Below are positions 38,431-51,515 of a DNA stretch of 64,000 nt, in pieces. A model generated the notes under the pieces. It had not been told where the DNA came from, made no database searches, and saw only the letters and a list, made by a program, of their open reading frames with translations. The stretch is from Mobula hypostoma (taxonomy: Eukaryota): assembly GCF_963921235.1 (NCBI RefSeq), contig NC_086108.1, positions 46,936,001-47,000,000 on the forward strand. Reading direction: 5' to 3'. The position numbers were made by a program, and so were the translations under genes. How positions within the stretch are numbered: the stretch's first letter is position 1; each line of letters opens with the position of its first letter.

Positions 38431-39754
38431 GAGAGGAAGTAAGAAAATTTGGAGTGAAGCAAAGGTGAAGGAAATTCACACTTCTCTCTTGCAGCTGTGC
38501 AAATAGTTTGGCACTTTCCGAGTTGTAAAACAGATGTCTTTTCAATCCTCATTTATCACAAATAATGTCTAACAAGGTGAATTCCAATGAACTAGTAGAA
38601 AAGCATAACTTTGGGAAAGAGAGACTTCAAGTTCTCCAAAGAACATTGGGTTGTTGATGCTCCTCAATGAAAATTACAGAATTTGTATTAATCTCTGTAA
38701 TAAACAACTGCTAAGTGGATTGAATCCCTGGTTATTAAATATACAGGGAGCATAGAACAGTACAGCACAGGAGCAGGCCTTTCAGTCTATGATAGCCATG
38801 TGATATACCTGAGACTTTATCAGCATATCAATAATTGCAAAGATTTTTAACTTTTTATTTCAAAAAAAATCCTACTTTTAAAGAAGCGGCTAATAATTAA
38901 TGAAAAGCATGCTGTCAGTTTGCCTGCTAGCCACACCCAGCAGGATTTCCGGATCCTGCATTGTTACTATTAACCCTATCAGTGGTATCGTCTATTTGAG
39001 AGTGACGCAACCAATTAATTCCGGCTTCAGCAACTTCCACCAAATGATACACTTTGTAGCAATATGAATTGCCAACATTTGGTGCATGAAAATTAGAATT
39101 GATTTAAAGTCACGGGCTTAGATGTTTTTACTCTGTGTATGAATCCATTTGCAACTCCTCGGCAAAAGACGCGGTCAGTGTCTGAGGTAAAAAGACCTGA
39201 AAAAGACTTGTGTACCATGAAAGTGTCAGAAGAGGATCCTCAAATAAGTGGGAGTCTACTCCATACTATTCAAACCTTTGGCACTGGTATTCACCGACCT
39301 ATGGTCTCCTCAGAAAACACTCAGCAGCAAAGTGCTCTCAATTGCTTGAGGTGATTCATGCCTGACCCCTTCATCTTTCAGATCTTGCAGCAGACATCGA
39401 CTGCTCAGTCGGTACTGTGACTACAAGAACGGATCAGGTGCTGGGTATCCCACAAAGAGTGAATCACCTTTTGACACACTTGAACCTTGCTACATGCTAC
39501 CAAGCAATAAATCAAATGTTAGTCGAGATACCTTTAATTTGAAGGACTGCAACTCCCTAGAAGTTCAACCTCACCAGGACAAGCAATCTACTTGATTGCT
39601 ACCCCACCCACCACCCAAGATGTACATTCTTTCCATTACCAGTGTGCAGGGTCCACACTGTGCAATGTCGACTTATCCACCCAGGCCTCTTCAGCATCTT
39701 GGGAACACTATCATTTGCAGGTACCCTCCAGGTCACACACAATTCCTGATTTTT

Positions 39755-40668
39755 TCAGATTATGAGAACACCCAGTCCCCGTTTATTGTCATTTAGAAAT
39801 GCATGCATTAAGAAATGATACAATGTTCCTCCAGAGTGATATCACACAAAAAAAACAGGACAAACCAAAGACTAACACTGACAAAAACAACAGGAATTCT
39901 GCAGATGCTGGAAATTCAAGCAACACACATCAAAGTTGCTGGTGAACGCAGCAGGCCAAGCAGCATCTCTAGGAAGAGGTGCAGTTGACGTTTCAGGCCG
40001 AGACCCTTTGTCAGGATGAAGGGTCTCGGCCTGAACCGTCGACTGCACCTCTTCCTACAGATGCTGCTTGGCCTGCTGCGTTCACCAGCAACTTTGATGT
40101 GTGTTACTAACACTGACAAGGCCACATAATTAGAACATATAGTTACAGCAGTGCAAAGCAATACCATAATTTGATAAAGAGCAGACCATGGGCACTGTAA
40201 AAAAAAAGTCCCAAAGTTCCGATTGACTCCCGATAGTCCTGATAGCAGGCGGCAGAAGGGAGAAACTCTCCCTGCCATAAACCTCCAGGCGCCAACAACT
40301 GCCGATGCATTGGAAGCACCCGACCACGGCCAACTCTGAGTCCATCCAAAAACTTCGAGCCTCCGACCAGCCTCTCCGATACAGCCTCCCGAGCACCATC
40401 CTCTGCCGAGTGCTTCGACCTCTCCACGGCCGCCAAGCAACAAGCAAAGCCGAGTACTCGGGACCCTCCCCTCCGGAGATTCTGGATCACATAGTAGCAG
40501 CGGCAGCAAAGAAGGCATTCAGAAGTTTCTCCAGATGTTCCTCCGTGCTCTCACGTCTGTCTCCACCAGATCAGGATTGTGCACGGTACCCTACTTGACC
40601 GATAACAGATATCATTCACCGGAGTGGCTGCTGCGCGCTGCGTCACGCCACCATCTTCGCCTCCTCCT
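39755..40668 (-). mobile_element. Non-autonomous LINE-derived element (GC-rich head, Rex1-like tail), host of a PLE palindrome
   Basis: Minus-strand head GGAGGAGGCGAAGATGGTGGCG; tail GACAATAAAC..AATCTGAA; no ORF. Confidence 0.55.
39885..40105. mobile_element. Young palindromic PLE-derived element with 14-bp TSD
   Basis: 87-bp arms 39922-40008 and 40019-40105 with 3 mismatches by eye; TSD ACTAACACTGACAA at 39871-39884 and 40106-40119; hammerhead motifs at the centre on both strands. Confidence 0.88.
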
Positions 40669-41799
40669 TGAGTATGTATTACTGGCTTCATTCTCATTGG
40701 ATCTAAATCTTGTAACTCCCTCACAAACAGTACCGTTGGACTCACTTCATAGAAAGATTACACCACTTTGTCTAGAGAAAGTATTTTAAACGAGCAGTGG
40801 AAAAGTCCTGCTCTTACACAGCTGATATCAAGTGGTCGCCAAACTTACAACTGATGGTCCCTCAGCTCTGCTAACCTGCCCCTTAACCTATTTTGGCTTA
40901 GGTCAGTAGATTGTGCCCAAAGAGCAATAGTGTATCCTCTCTATCTTACATATGTAGAAATATCAAATTTTTGGGGGTCCATGTGACTCAACTATGGTGA
41001 AGGACAAATTTGTACTGACTGATATTTAGCAGTTCCAAAGATGAGCTATCCCTGAATCTACCTGCTTCATCACTGGAGTCACTAGTAAGTCAACCAACAG
41101 AGCAGTGACTCACAGAAGAAAGGGTCTGAATCATGCCCTTATACTGGAGAGTGCTAATATAGAAACAACAACCGCGTTCATTTGAAAAGTGAAGTGTAGC
41201 TAATTGCTTTACATGCATTGCTGAAAAGAAACAATAAGTTAGTGTGGTAAAATAGCACCTGGTGGTGATGTTGTGCAAGACAAGCATTATCTGACTGCAT
41301 TTTTAATATGCATTTAGTTCTACTATCATGCCTAGAAGCTGATTATTAAAAATTATGATTTTCCATAAATATTTGTCAAGATGTTAAGAAATTCTTACCA
41401 TTTAAATTTTAATTTAAATCCACTAATGCTGGTCCAACGGGTCTAACTTGCTTTGATGTAATAGTTTGCAATTGCCTTCTGCATCTTTTGTCTTGCACTT
41501 TATGTTGCACAATTTTTCCTCGACTGAAATTCAGTTTAATGGCTCTTGTCATAATAATAAACTGTTCTTAGCAACTTCAATATTGCAAACCACCTTTGGA
41601 AGAGTAAGCAAAACTGGAGAGATTGTTGAGGAAGATGAGCAAAAACATAATCAAAGTTGACAATCAAGGAGAAGATGGCAGGAGTCATACGGATTTGTGG
41701 AGTGGATTTCAAAGCCAAGACCCTTGGCACAATGTGAAAAGTGACACAATTAAAAGTGGGGATGATCGATTAGAGATTACAAAAGGATGTGGATTGGGA

Positions 41800-42190
41800 G
41801 GTGTTCGTCCATCGTTGACGTCGATGAGGACCTCGACACCATTATGATGGTGTTGAGACTAGCGCGTGATTTGGATTTAAGTGAGGGAGTTGCGCAACGT
41901 CAGCCTCACTCTCTCTTCCCAATTCCCATCTGGATCCAGTGGCAAGACAGAGTCTAGACAGCTGGAGATGGGACTAGGTGCAGTGGATGACCAGGACGTC
42001 TTCTGTGTCTTGTCCTGCTCTACACGTTCCACGACGCTTGCAGAGATCGCCTTCTTGACCGTTGGACCTTCCATTGGTCTTGTCCGCTCAATCCGCCGGA
42101 GTCTGTCTTCACATGCTGGGATAGCTAACTCCCTATCTCACCGAGGGTTTGAGACCCGTCGGCTGCCCTCACCTGGTTTAGCCGGCTTGT
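41800..42190 (-). mobile_element. Probable RTE-derived non-autonomous element
   Basis: Resembles RTE 5' UTR and tail derivatives; no ORF; family assignment tentative. Confidence 0.4.
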
Positions 42191-43230
42191 CTTCTGCTGA
42201 GTGAACACTGGGGGGCAGCACCACCTGTACCACACTGCTCCCAGCACAGCGGTGGAGAGCACTGTCTCCAATGCCTCTCTCCTAGGCAGCAGTAAACAGG
42301 TGACACTGTGGCTTGCGGCTAGTCCTCGCTATGACTGAGGTCACACAGCTCCCCCACCATCTGGCTCTGCCATCTGCCAATAAATCAGTGAATCAGATTT
42401 GCAGCATTTCGCATTAGCAATGTCTAACAGGGTCTTGCGATCACAAGAAAAGCGTCTAAGATGATCACTCGCTGTTTGACTGCACACCTCCACGCACCAA
42501 CTCCTCTGATGCCTCCCTGATGCAGGTAGCAACACGATCCGCACCAAGTTCAGCTCCTGTTTCTCTGCCAATGAGCAACTCACTGATGGGGTAGACGTGC
42601 AGTACTTTAAGTTCTTAATGTCCAGCAGGGTCTTGCAATTGTAAAAATGCGGTTACAGAAGACAGTAGCACCTGTGGTTGGCCCCATGGAAGTCACTGTA
42701 TTCAAGTGGGCCGCCATCTTACCATACATTTGTATAGTAGCACTCATTATACAGTGACTGACCTTTACCCGGCATTACATTAACCCAATATTACATCATG
42801 TCAAATCTTTGCACTCCAATAATGTACCCCAGTGTTATATGGTTACAGCCTTGTGCCCACTAGAACCTAATTATTATAATAACAGTAGTCCTGAAACAGA
42901 CCTGTGTCCATAGGTATCATACCACATGTAATGATGTTAGAGCTGTTTTTATCAGTCCTGTGGCCCACTCTTATGCTGTGATAGATCTATTTGCAGTACT
43001 GTGTTCAGTGTTGGTGACAACATTAACCCACTATAAAGGTAGTACACTTCATTTTAGTGATCAACCTGTACCCACCTGTATTGTACCCCAGTCTAATGCA
43101 AGGTTAGCCTTGTTCCCACCAAAACTGTTGCCTGGTGTTACATAATGCCAGGCTAGTATCCACTAAAGCTACATCCTTGTATTATAGTAGTGGACCTGCA
43201 CAATCAAGACTATAGTCCATTGTTATATAC

Positions 43231-44711
43231 CAGGGGTCGGCAACCTTTTTGCCTCTGTGTGCCGGATCGCATATTAACGAGTGGACGGTGGACCAGATAA
43301 ATGCCATAAAAAACTTGAAATATGGGAATTATCCATTTAAATACATCTAGTTATGTTTTGCCTCAAATTAATGAATAACACATGCTAGAAAATCATTTGT
43401 GCTTAACCAAGGATGCCAATTGGTAATCAAATAACTCAGTTTAGTTGCAATTTATTTCAATCAAGGCATCTTTTGAATCTATTAAAAGGACACAAAGAAT
43501 CTTTAAGCGTAAAACTTATGAACACGATGCATTGAATGGTGGTAAATTAAGTATAATAAAAATGAAAATTTTAATGCAAACAGTTGATAATCACTGTGAA
43601 ACTTGGCACTGTTTGTTGCTTGAAAGCTTCTCAATATTGGGTGTCAGACTTGTTGATGCCAAGAGCAAGACATTATCCAAATGGGTATCAGTCAATCTCG
43701 TTCTCAAATGGTTCTTGATGTGCTTCATTTCTGAAAATAATTGCTCACACAGGTAAGTGCTGCCAAACAATTATGCCATCTTTTTCACATGGTCCACTAA
43801 GTTAAGATGCTTCCCACTTGGACGAATATGTTTTCTATAGAAGTCAAGCACCGACACATCTTCAGAATGAAATTTCGATCTCAATATGTCATCACACTGC
43901 ATCTCAAACAATTCCATTTGAAAAATTTCTGATGCAGTGTTCACTTCCACATCAAATGGAGTAGCAAACAGCTTGAACTCATCTGCATGCAAGCGAAAAT
44001 CAGCAAAACGAGATGAAAACTCTTTTCTCAATTCTTGGACCATATTCACAAAAATGCCTGGATCTTGTGCTTTACTTTTTTGAAAAGTGGGAAAATGTGC
44101 ACGATTTCCTTTTTGAAGCTGGTACTCCCACAATTGCAGCTTTCTTTCCACTGTGGCGGGTCTCGTAATGTCGCCTGATATTTGCCACCTTCTTCACAGC
44201 AACATTTTCTAGGCAAATGCTCGATGAAGAAGTAATATAGTGTCTAAGTGTCTTGGAAATTTCAGCACTCAGTCTCTACCTTCCTGCGTTTTGCATTCAT
44301 TACCATTGGAATTTTTTCTTTGATTTTGTTTTGAAACGCGAGTTATTCAACAAGTATCATAGCACATGTAAATATCTGGATATTTAGCGTGGATTTCTTG
44401 TTAAGACACAGTGACGCTGTTTCTGTTTACAAATTTGAACGATCCCATCTGAAAACCTGCGCATGCACGGAGAGAATCTAATACATACTAATAAGGTAGT
44501 CTGCCTTCCCGTCATTCGTATTTACCAGTGTTCGGTTTGGAACAAAACGGAACCTGGGGCCAGTGTAACAAGACGCCATGCATGTCCATCAGTGTGGTCA
44601 CGTGAAACACTCAGAATAAGGAAAAATCGCTCACAGGCCGGATAAGCGTAGTATCCCAATATTTGCTCGCGGGCCGGATCTGGCCTATGGGCCATAGGTT
44701 ACCTATCCCTG
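43231..44711 (-). mobile_element. hAT transposon (Buster/Charlie, GTF2IRD2/SPIN-like), internally deleted
   Basis: TIRs CAGGGGTCGGCAACCT / AGGTTACCTATCCCTG; perfect 8-bp TSD TTATATAC (43223-43230, 44712-44719); N-terminal AKRRKVETEC..YFFIE and C-terminal EFSSRFADF, QMELFEMQCD, LFGSTYLCEQLFS. Confidence 0.94.
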
Positions 44712-44959
44712 TTATATACAGTAGTGACATACCTACTGTATGTCTGCCTCTGTACCCAAGGGCTATGCAGTGTCAGATATGTGCCCACCAGCACTCTACA
44801 CCAACATTATAGTGACAACCTCGAACCACCTGTACCCTAGTGTTTTGCAGTGGTTCGCTTATGCCCATCCCTTTGGCATCCCACCATTATAGTGACAGAT
44901 TGCATCCTAGTGTCATACAAAGACAAAACAGTGCTTACATATTATGTGCCCCAGAGGTA

Positions 44960-45990
44960 AGTCGTAGAAAATCTACAAGAAGGCTTTTTAGAGCAACCTG
45001 TGGTCAAGCCCACTAGGGAAAACACAATTTTGTATTGGGTGTTGTGTAACGAACCAGATTTGATTCAGGAGCTTAAGGTAAAGGAGCCATTAGGAGGCAG
45101 TGATCATAGTAGAATTCATCCTGCAGTTTGAGAGGGAGAATCTAAAATCAGATGTATCGGTATTAGTTAAGTAAGAGTAACTACAGAGGCACAAGAGAGG
45201 AACTGGAGTTTCTGAGAATAATTCAGAAGACACAGGTTTGGTTTGTCCCCAAGAAGAGGAACCATTCTAAAGGGAGAAATGAAGCAACTGTGGCTGACAA
45301 GGGAAGTCAAACAAGACAGCATTAAAGCAAAAGAGAGAACATGCTATATAGAAAAATTACCAGTTAGCTAATGGATTGGGAAGTTTTTAAAAACCAACAG
45401 AAGGCAACTAAAAAAGTAATAAGGAAAAAAAAGATGAATTATGAAGGTAAGGTAGCCAATATTATAAAAGAGGATACCGATTTTTTTCAGATGTATAAAG
45501 AATGAAAGAGAGGAAATAATGGACATCAGACTGCTGGTAAAAGATGTTGAAGATGTAATAATGAAGAACAAAGAGATAGAGGACAAAGTAGTAAGTATTT
45601 TGCATCTGTCTTCATTGTGAAAAACACCAGCAGTGTGCCAGAAATATGAGAGTGTCGGGGACTGAAGTGAGTGTAGTCACTATTACTAAAGAGAAGGTCT
45701 GAAGGTAGCTATCACCTGGACTAGATGGACTGCACCCCTGGGTTTTGAAAGAAGTAGCTGGAAAGATTAATAGTAATCTTTCAAGCATCGCTATATTCTA
45801 GAGTGGTTCTGGAAGACAGAAAATTTGTAAATGACTCTTCACTCTTTAAGAAGGGAGGGAGGCAAAAGACATGAAATTATAAGCTAGTTACCCTGATATC
45901 TAGGAAGCTGTTAGAGTCTATTATTATGCATGAGGTTTAGAGATGCTTAGAGGCAGATGATAAAATAAGCCAAAGTCGGTATGGTTTCCT
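44960..45990 (+). mobile_element. Degraded CR1 ORF2 fragment; a 3' end of similar type lies at 47350-47720
   Basis: Homologous to 30130-31260 and 2751-3195 (EPLGGSDH, YFASVF, SPG.DGLHP, LFKKGGR). Confidence 0.8.
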
Positions 45991-46976
45991 TCCAGGTCCT
46001 GCTGCAGTGAAACATTCCCACAGCATGATGCAGCAACCACTACACTTCACAGTAGGGATGTTGTGTTTTTGGTGATGTGCAGTGCTTGATGTATGTCAAA
46101 CATTGTGTTTAATCTGATGGCCAAAAAGCTCAATTTGGTTTTTATCAGACCATAGAACCTTCTTCCAGGTGACTTCAATCCCCCACATGCCCTCCGGCAA
46201 ACTAGTTGAGATCTTATGTGACTTTTTTTCAACAGTAGCTTTCTCTTTGCCATTCTCCCATAAACTGCAACTGGCGAAGCACTTGGGCAACAGTTGTATG
46301 CGCAGTCTCTCCCATCTCAGCCACTGAAACTTGAAATTCCTTCAGAGTTGTCATCGGTCTCCTGATGGCCTCCCTCAGCAGTCCCCCTCTTGCATAGTCA
46401 CTCAGTTTTTGAGGACAACCTGCTCCAGGCAGATTTACAGCTCTGCCATATTCTTTCCATTTCTTGATGTTGACTTGACTGTACTCCAAGGGATATTCAG
46501 TGACTTGGAAATGTTCTTGTATCCATCTCCTGACTTGTGCTATTCAAGAACCTTTTTGCAGAGATGCTAGGTGTGTGCTTTTATCTTCATGGTGTAGTTT
46601 TTGCCAGGATACTGACTCACCAGCGGTTTAACCTTCCAAATACAGGCGTATTTTTACTACAATCAACTGAAACACCTTGACTGCACACAGATGATCTCTA
46701 TTGAACCAATTATGTGACTTTTAAAACCAATTGGTTGCACCAGTGATGATTTGGTGTATCATATTAAAGGGGGTGAATACTTAAGCAATCAATTATTTTG
46801 TGTTTTATATTTGTAATTAATATAGATCACTTTGTAGAGATCTGTTTTCACTTTGACACGAAAAGTTTTTTTTCAGTTGATCAGTGTCAAAAAAAGCCAA
46901 ATTAAATCCACCATGATTCAATGTTGTAAATAAACCAAAAACTTCCAGGGGAGATGAATACTTCTTATCGGCACTG
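45991..46976 (-). mobile_element. Second copy of the Tc1 family, one end deleted
   Basis: Colinear with 17382-18348; WKKVLWSD..IELFG; terminus GGCACTG followed by TA. Confidence 0.9.
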
Positions 46977-47065
46977 TACATGCTTTTTGTGTGGCTGTAT
47001 GTTTATTTGCTATCTTATGTGCCTTGTGCTGTGTATGACTGTTGTTTTTGTTCCTTTTCACACCT

Positions 47066-47236
47066 TGTGGTGCATCAGGTGGCACTTTTGCTATTTCCAT
47101 AGTATTTGTGTTTTTATGAGGCTGAGTTGCTAGCTCGATGCTCAACCCGGCACAGATGGAAGGAACCAGCCAGGCTTGAACTTGGGACCTTTTACCTCAA
47201 AGTCTGGTGATGATGCCACTACACCACCGACTGGCA
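47066..47236 (-). mobile_element. tRNA-derived SINE nested in a Rex1-type tail (46980-47350)
   Basis: A-box TGGTGTAGTGG and B-box GTTCAAGCC on the minus strand. Confidence 0.65.
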
Positions 47237-49469
47237 GTGCATGACTGTTAGTGCTGTGTCTTTCACCTTGGTCCTGTAGGAATGCTGTTTTGTTTGGCTG
47301 CATTCATGGGTATTCATGTATGGTTGAATGATAATTAAACTTGAACTTGGTCTCATTGAAATCTAGCAAATATTGAAAGGCCTAAGTAGAATGGATAGAG
47401 GATGTTTCAAATGGTGAGAGAGTCTAAGACAAGGGGGCACTGCCTCAGAATAGAAGGACATCCTTTAGGACAGATATGAGGAAGATTTCTTTAGCCAGAG
47501 GATGGTGAATCTGTGGAAGTCATACGGCTGTGGAGGCCAACTCATTGGTTATGTTTAAAGCAGAGATTGATAGGTTTTTGATTAGTAAGAGGGTCAAAGG
47601 TTATATGGCAAAAGGAGGAGAAAGAGGTTGAGAGGCAAAATAAGTCAGCCATGTTCAAATGGTGGGACAGACTCAATGGGCTGAATGGCCTAAGTCTGCT
47701 CCTATGCTTTATGGTCTTATTATTATTGACTATGTTTGCCATTACTAGATCTCAGTATTATAGCAACAAACTCTACTCACTCATACTCAACCTAAAAGTT
47801 AATTAGTTTTGGGCATGTACACACCCTTACTCTACCCCAGTATTATAGCAGCAGACCTATATCCACCAGGAATCTACCTCGGTGAAATAATTGTTGCAAA
47901 CAAAACAGTAAAATTCATGCTCCCTCATGCATTATTGAGTGAACTGACCTCAGCTGTGGGAGTGCCAAGATTTCTGCTGTTCATCTGTACAGATTACACT
48001 GTAGCACTGAATGAGTCAGGGGCTGCTACAGCAATGATATTCTTGTGATTGCCAAACTTGCTGAACAGGCATCGTCTTGACTGGCAAGTGACCTTTTAAA
48101 ACTTGATCATATAAACAAAGAGGAACTCATGCTCAGCAACCGTCTACTTGGGATTGGTTTGGGAGAAGGGGAAGTTGAGCCTTAAGAGGAAGAGAAAATG
48201 GATGATAAATAGAAGTGAAAATGAACAAAAAAGGCAATTTATAGTTTTATGTCCACCTAAACAAAAATACAGCAATATAAAGTAGGTAAAATGTTGCTTT
48301 GATTTAAAGCTACGAGTCACCATGACTCACTGAAGACACATGTCAGTGTTTTGGGATATGCATTTTTGTTACTCAATCATGTGAATGATTTTGAAGTCTT
48401 AGTATTTTACAATGGGTTTGTGCTCCAAATGCTAATTAACTTGTCTATTCACTCTATAGATTTTATAGATTTTAACGAACTTTCTGCCTTTCCAAAATAT
48501 TCTCTGTTTCAAAACTTTGAATGTTTGAATAATACATGCATTCTGTTAAAAACCCTATTTTTATGACTCTCAGTGAACAGTCCAACATATAGCATGATTG
48601 CTTTTTTAACTGTTGAGGTGATATTTTGTCAAGTAATGTTAACCTTTTCAGCTTTGAGTCACTATGGCCTGTCTTCTGGAGCAGCCTTTCTTTTGCACCA
48701 TCTTCTTGATTAACTTTTAATAACTTCTGCTGTGACCACCTAAGTGGAACTGAGGTTATGGTAGTCATGAAGTCACTAAACACTTAAAATGACAAAAGGG
48801 AACCGCACAAATTTTCCCCAAACTCATTAATGTTAATGATAAGTAATCGTTTGGAAAGCAGCTACTTTGTTTTCGCAATGATGCCCATTATGAATGCAAC
48901 TGCTGTATAAACATCAATGATAACCTACATAATTGTGCTGATTATTTATTAAAGGACAACTCTAGGGAAAACTCACATTAAAAAAAATCACACCATTCAA
49001 CCTTGAGTATTTGGCAGTTGCTAAGGAAACAAAGGTTACTTTCAAATTATTTATCTGTCAGATGATTGCAGCTGATCCATAGAAAAATTGAAAAGTTCAA
49101 GGTTCATTTTCTGGCAGCAATGAGTTAACGAGATTATGCCTGTAGGCTAGGGAGGGAATAAAAATTAATCAGTTAACACCACCCATTACGTGCAGTGTGA
49201 CATTGGGTGTGGGCTATGATTTCCTTGTGGTTGACTAGCCTGCTGAACCGCCACTTACATGAACAGTAACCACTCCACAAAGAAACAGCTTTGTGAAGCA
49301 CGCACCTGTGCTATTGATTTCAGCTTTTTCCTCCCTGTTTACCTTTTCCTCTATTGAAGGTATTGATTCATAATTGAGCAGGTGCCTGCAGCCATTTGGT
49401 GCATCATGCTTATGACTTCTTTCATGTTTGAGGAAGGATTATACAAAAGAATTATTCACTACATATATA

Positions 49470-51095
49470 TTTCATTCAATATTGGGAAGACCAAAGCCAT
49501 TGTCTTCAGGCTCTGTCACAAAGTCTAATTCCAAGTTATTGACTGCATTCCATGCCTTCAAAATGGTCTGAAAGTGATTCAGACATTTGGAAACTTTGAT
49601 GTCATATCTGATCACAAGTTTTGGCTTTCATGCTGTGAAGTTCATCTCCATAACACTATCCAGCTCTGGCCTTGTCTCATCTTTCATGCTGGTGAAATTG
49701 TCATAAACACCTCTGTCATTTTCTGACTTAATGCTTCCAACACACTTCGCTGAGTCTTCCTCAATCTGCTCTGAGGGGCATAGCTGAATGCACTCAGTCT
49801 TCTTCCCAGGGTTGAGGAATCAGAAGCTAGAGCGCAGGGGGAAAGGTTTAATTTAATGGGAACTCGAAGAGCATTTTTTCCCCACAGAGAAGTCGGTATA
49901 TATGTGGAATGAACTGCTAGAGGAAGTAGATGAGGCAGGTGCAATAACAAATTTTAAAACCCAGTTGGACAAGTATGCAGATTAGGAGGTTATGGGCCAC
50001 ATGCTAGTATATGGGACTGGGTTAAATGGGCATCTTGGTCAGCATGGTCTAGTTGGGCTGAAAGGACTGTTTCCAGGTTCTGTGATTCCATGCTCTGTAA
50101 ATCAGATCATTCAAACGTTTGCTTTCTCTGCCATAGATCTGTACCAATTCCTGTTCAGCTCTGTACTTGTTCATCTACACTGGTCAAGAAACATATTGAT
50201 TTTCAGATTTTCTCTGTTGGCTTCAAGCCACTCTATGCTCTCACTTTTGTCCTTCTCTGTAATCTCCTCTAGCCCTATAGCTTTAAGATGTGTTCACTCT
50301 TCCTGTCCTGGACTTTGCAGATCCCTGAATTTAATGACTCTACCACTGACACCCATGCCTTCAGTTGCCTTCGTCTAAATGTACATTTTCTCCAGAAGAT
50401 ACTCATTAGCGATCGTCAGTGTGGCTTTATGTGGGGGAGGGCTTGCCTCACAAATTTGAATAAGCTTATTGAAGAGGTGATGAAAATGATTGTTGAGGGG
50501 AGCAGGTTGGATGTTGTCTCCATGGACTTTGCTGAAGCATTTGACAAGATCCCTCCTGGTAGGCTGGTTCAGGAGAGATCCATGGTGAGTCGGTAATTTA
50601 GATGCAAAATTGGCTTGGTCAAAGAAGAGACGATAGTGGAGAGGGTATAGACGAGGATCGGTCGGACGTTGCCAGGAACATAGAGTATTAGTCACAAGGA
50701 GAGTTTTGATAAACTTTGATTGATTTCCCTGAAGCATCAGAAGCTGAGGGGCAAACCTGGTAGAAGTAGATAAAATTATCACAAGCATAGGTAGGGTCAG
50801 AGTCATTTTTTCCAGGGTGAAAATGTCAAATACCACAGCACCTAGGTAAATGGTGAAAGGGAGAAAATTGAAAGGAGATATGTAAGGCGATACAGAGACA
50901 GTGGTGGGTACTCACAGCAATTGCCAGGGGAGGTGGTAAAAACAACCATGATAGCTATGCTTAGGAGTCATTTTGAAAGATACATGAACAGAGGCATGCA
51001 AGTGGAACTTGTTACATTGGCATCATGCTGGTGCAGACCTGGTGAGCTGAAGGTCCTGACCCTGTGTTCTATGGTTCTATATCTATGTTCTATGT
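49470..51095 (+). mobile_element. Interleaved L2-like and CR1 remnants
   Basis: NIGKTKAIVF (L2-like) at ~49478; CR1 QCGFM.GR.CLTNL, MDF..AFDKIP; (TTCTATG)-type tail at ~51065-51095. Confidence 0.6.
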
Positions 51096-51291
51096 CGTAC
51101 ACTAGTTATATTTTAGAATAGGTGCTCTTCCATTAAATAAACGTTTGCCTCCACACAGGCAAACAACCGAATGAGCAAAAGAATTTGATATATTTCTCTT
51201 TCGGTTAAATTATGGGTAGCAACATCACATAAAATGTTTTGGCTGAAATATTGCCAGAACCGAGTTATACTATTTAAACTACAAGGGTGGG

Positions 51292-51515
51292 GGGAACGTC
51301 GACTCAGACCATGAGAGGCCTGCGTCGGGCATTTTCATGCCTTACAAGGGCAGATTGGAAGTCTGTGTGGGGCACCACTCCTCGCACAGGCTAGAGCAAT
51401 GTGTGGTTAAGTGCCTTGCTCAAGGACACAAACACGCTGCCACAGCTGAGGCTCGAACTAGCAACCTTGAGGTAACTAGAAGAATGCCTTAACCACTTGG
51501 CCCCGTACCCAACAC
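51292..51515 (-). mobile_element. tRNA-derived CORE-SINE
   Basis: A-box GGCCAAGTGG, B-box GTTCGAGCC, core GTGTCCTTGAGCAAGGCACTTAACC; imperfect TSD ACTACAA(GG/AA)GTGGG at 51278-51291 and 51516-51529. Confidence 0.8.

Larger units (their letters stand above)
42730..47890 (+). repeat. Degenerate ~44-bp minisatellite array surviving as 42730-43230, 44712-44955 and 47730-47890
   Basis: Recurrent TGTACCCCAGTGTTATA / CAGTGAC..ACCTGTACCCACC motifs in all three blocks. Confidence 0.6.

Noticed and set aside
47170..51515. tRNA genes suggested by A/B boxes at ~47170-47236 and ~51440-51510
   Set aside because: No complete cloverleaf; boxes are heads of SINEs with downstream core and tail sequence.
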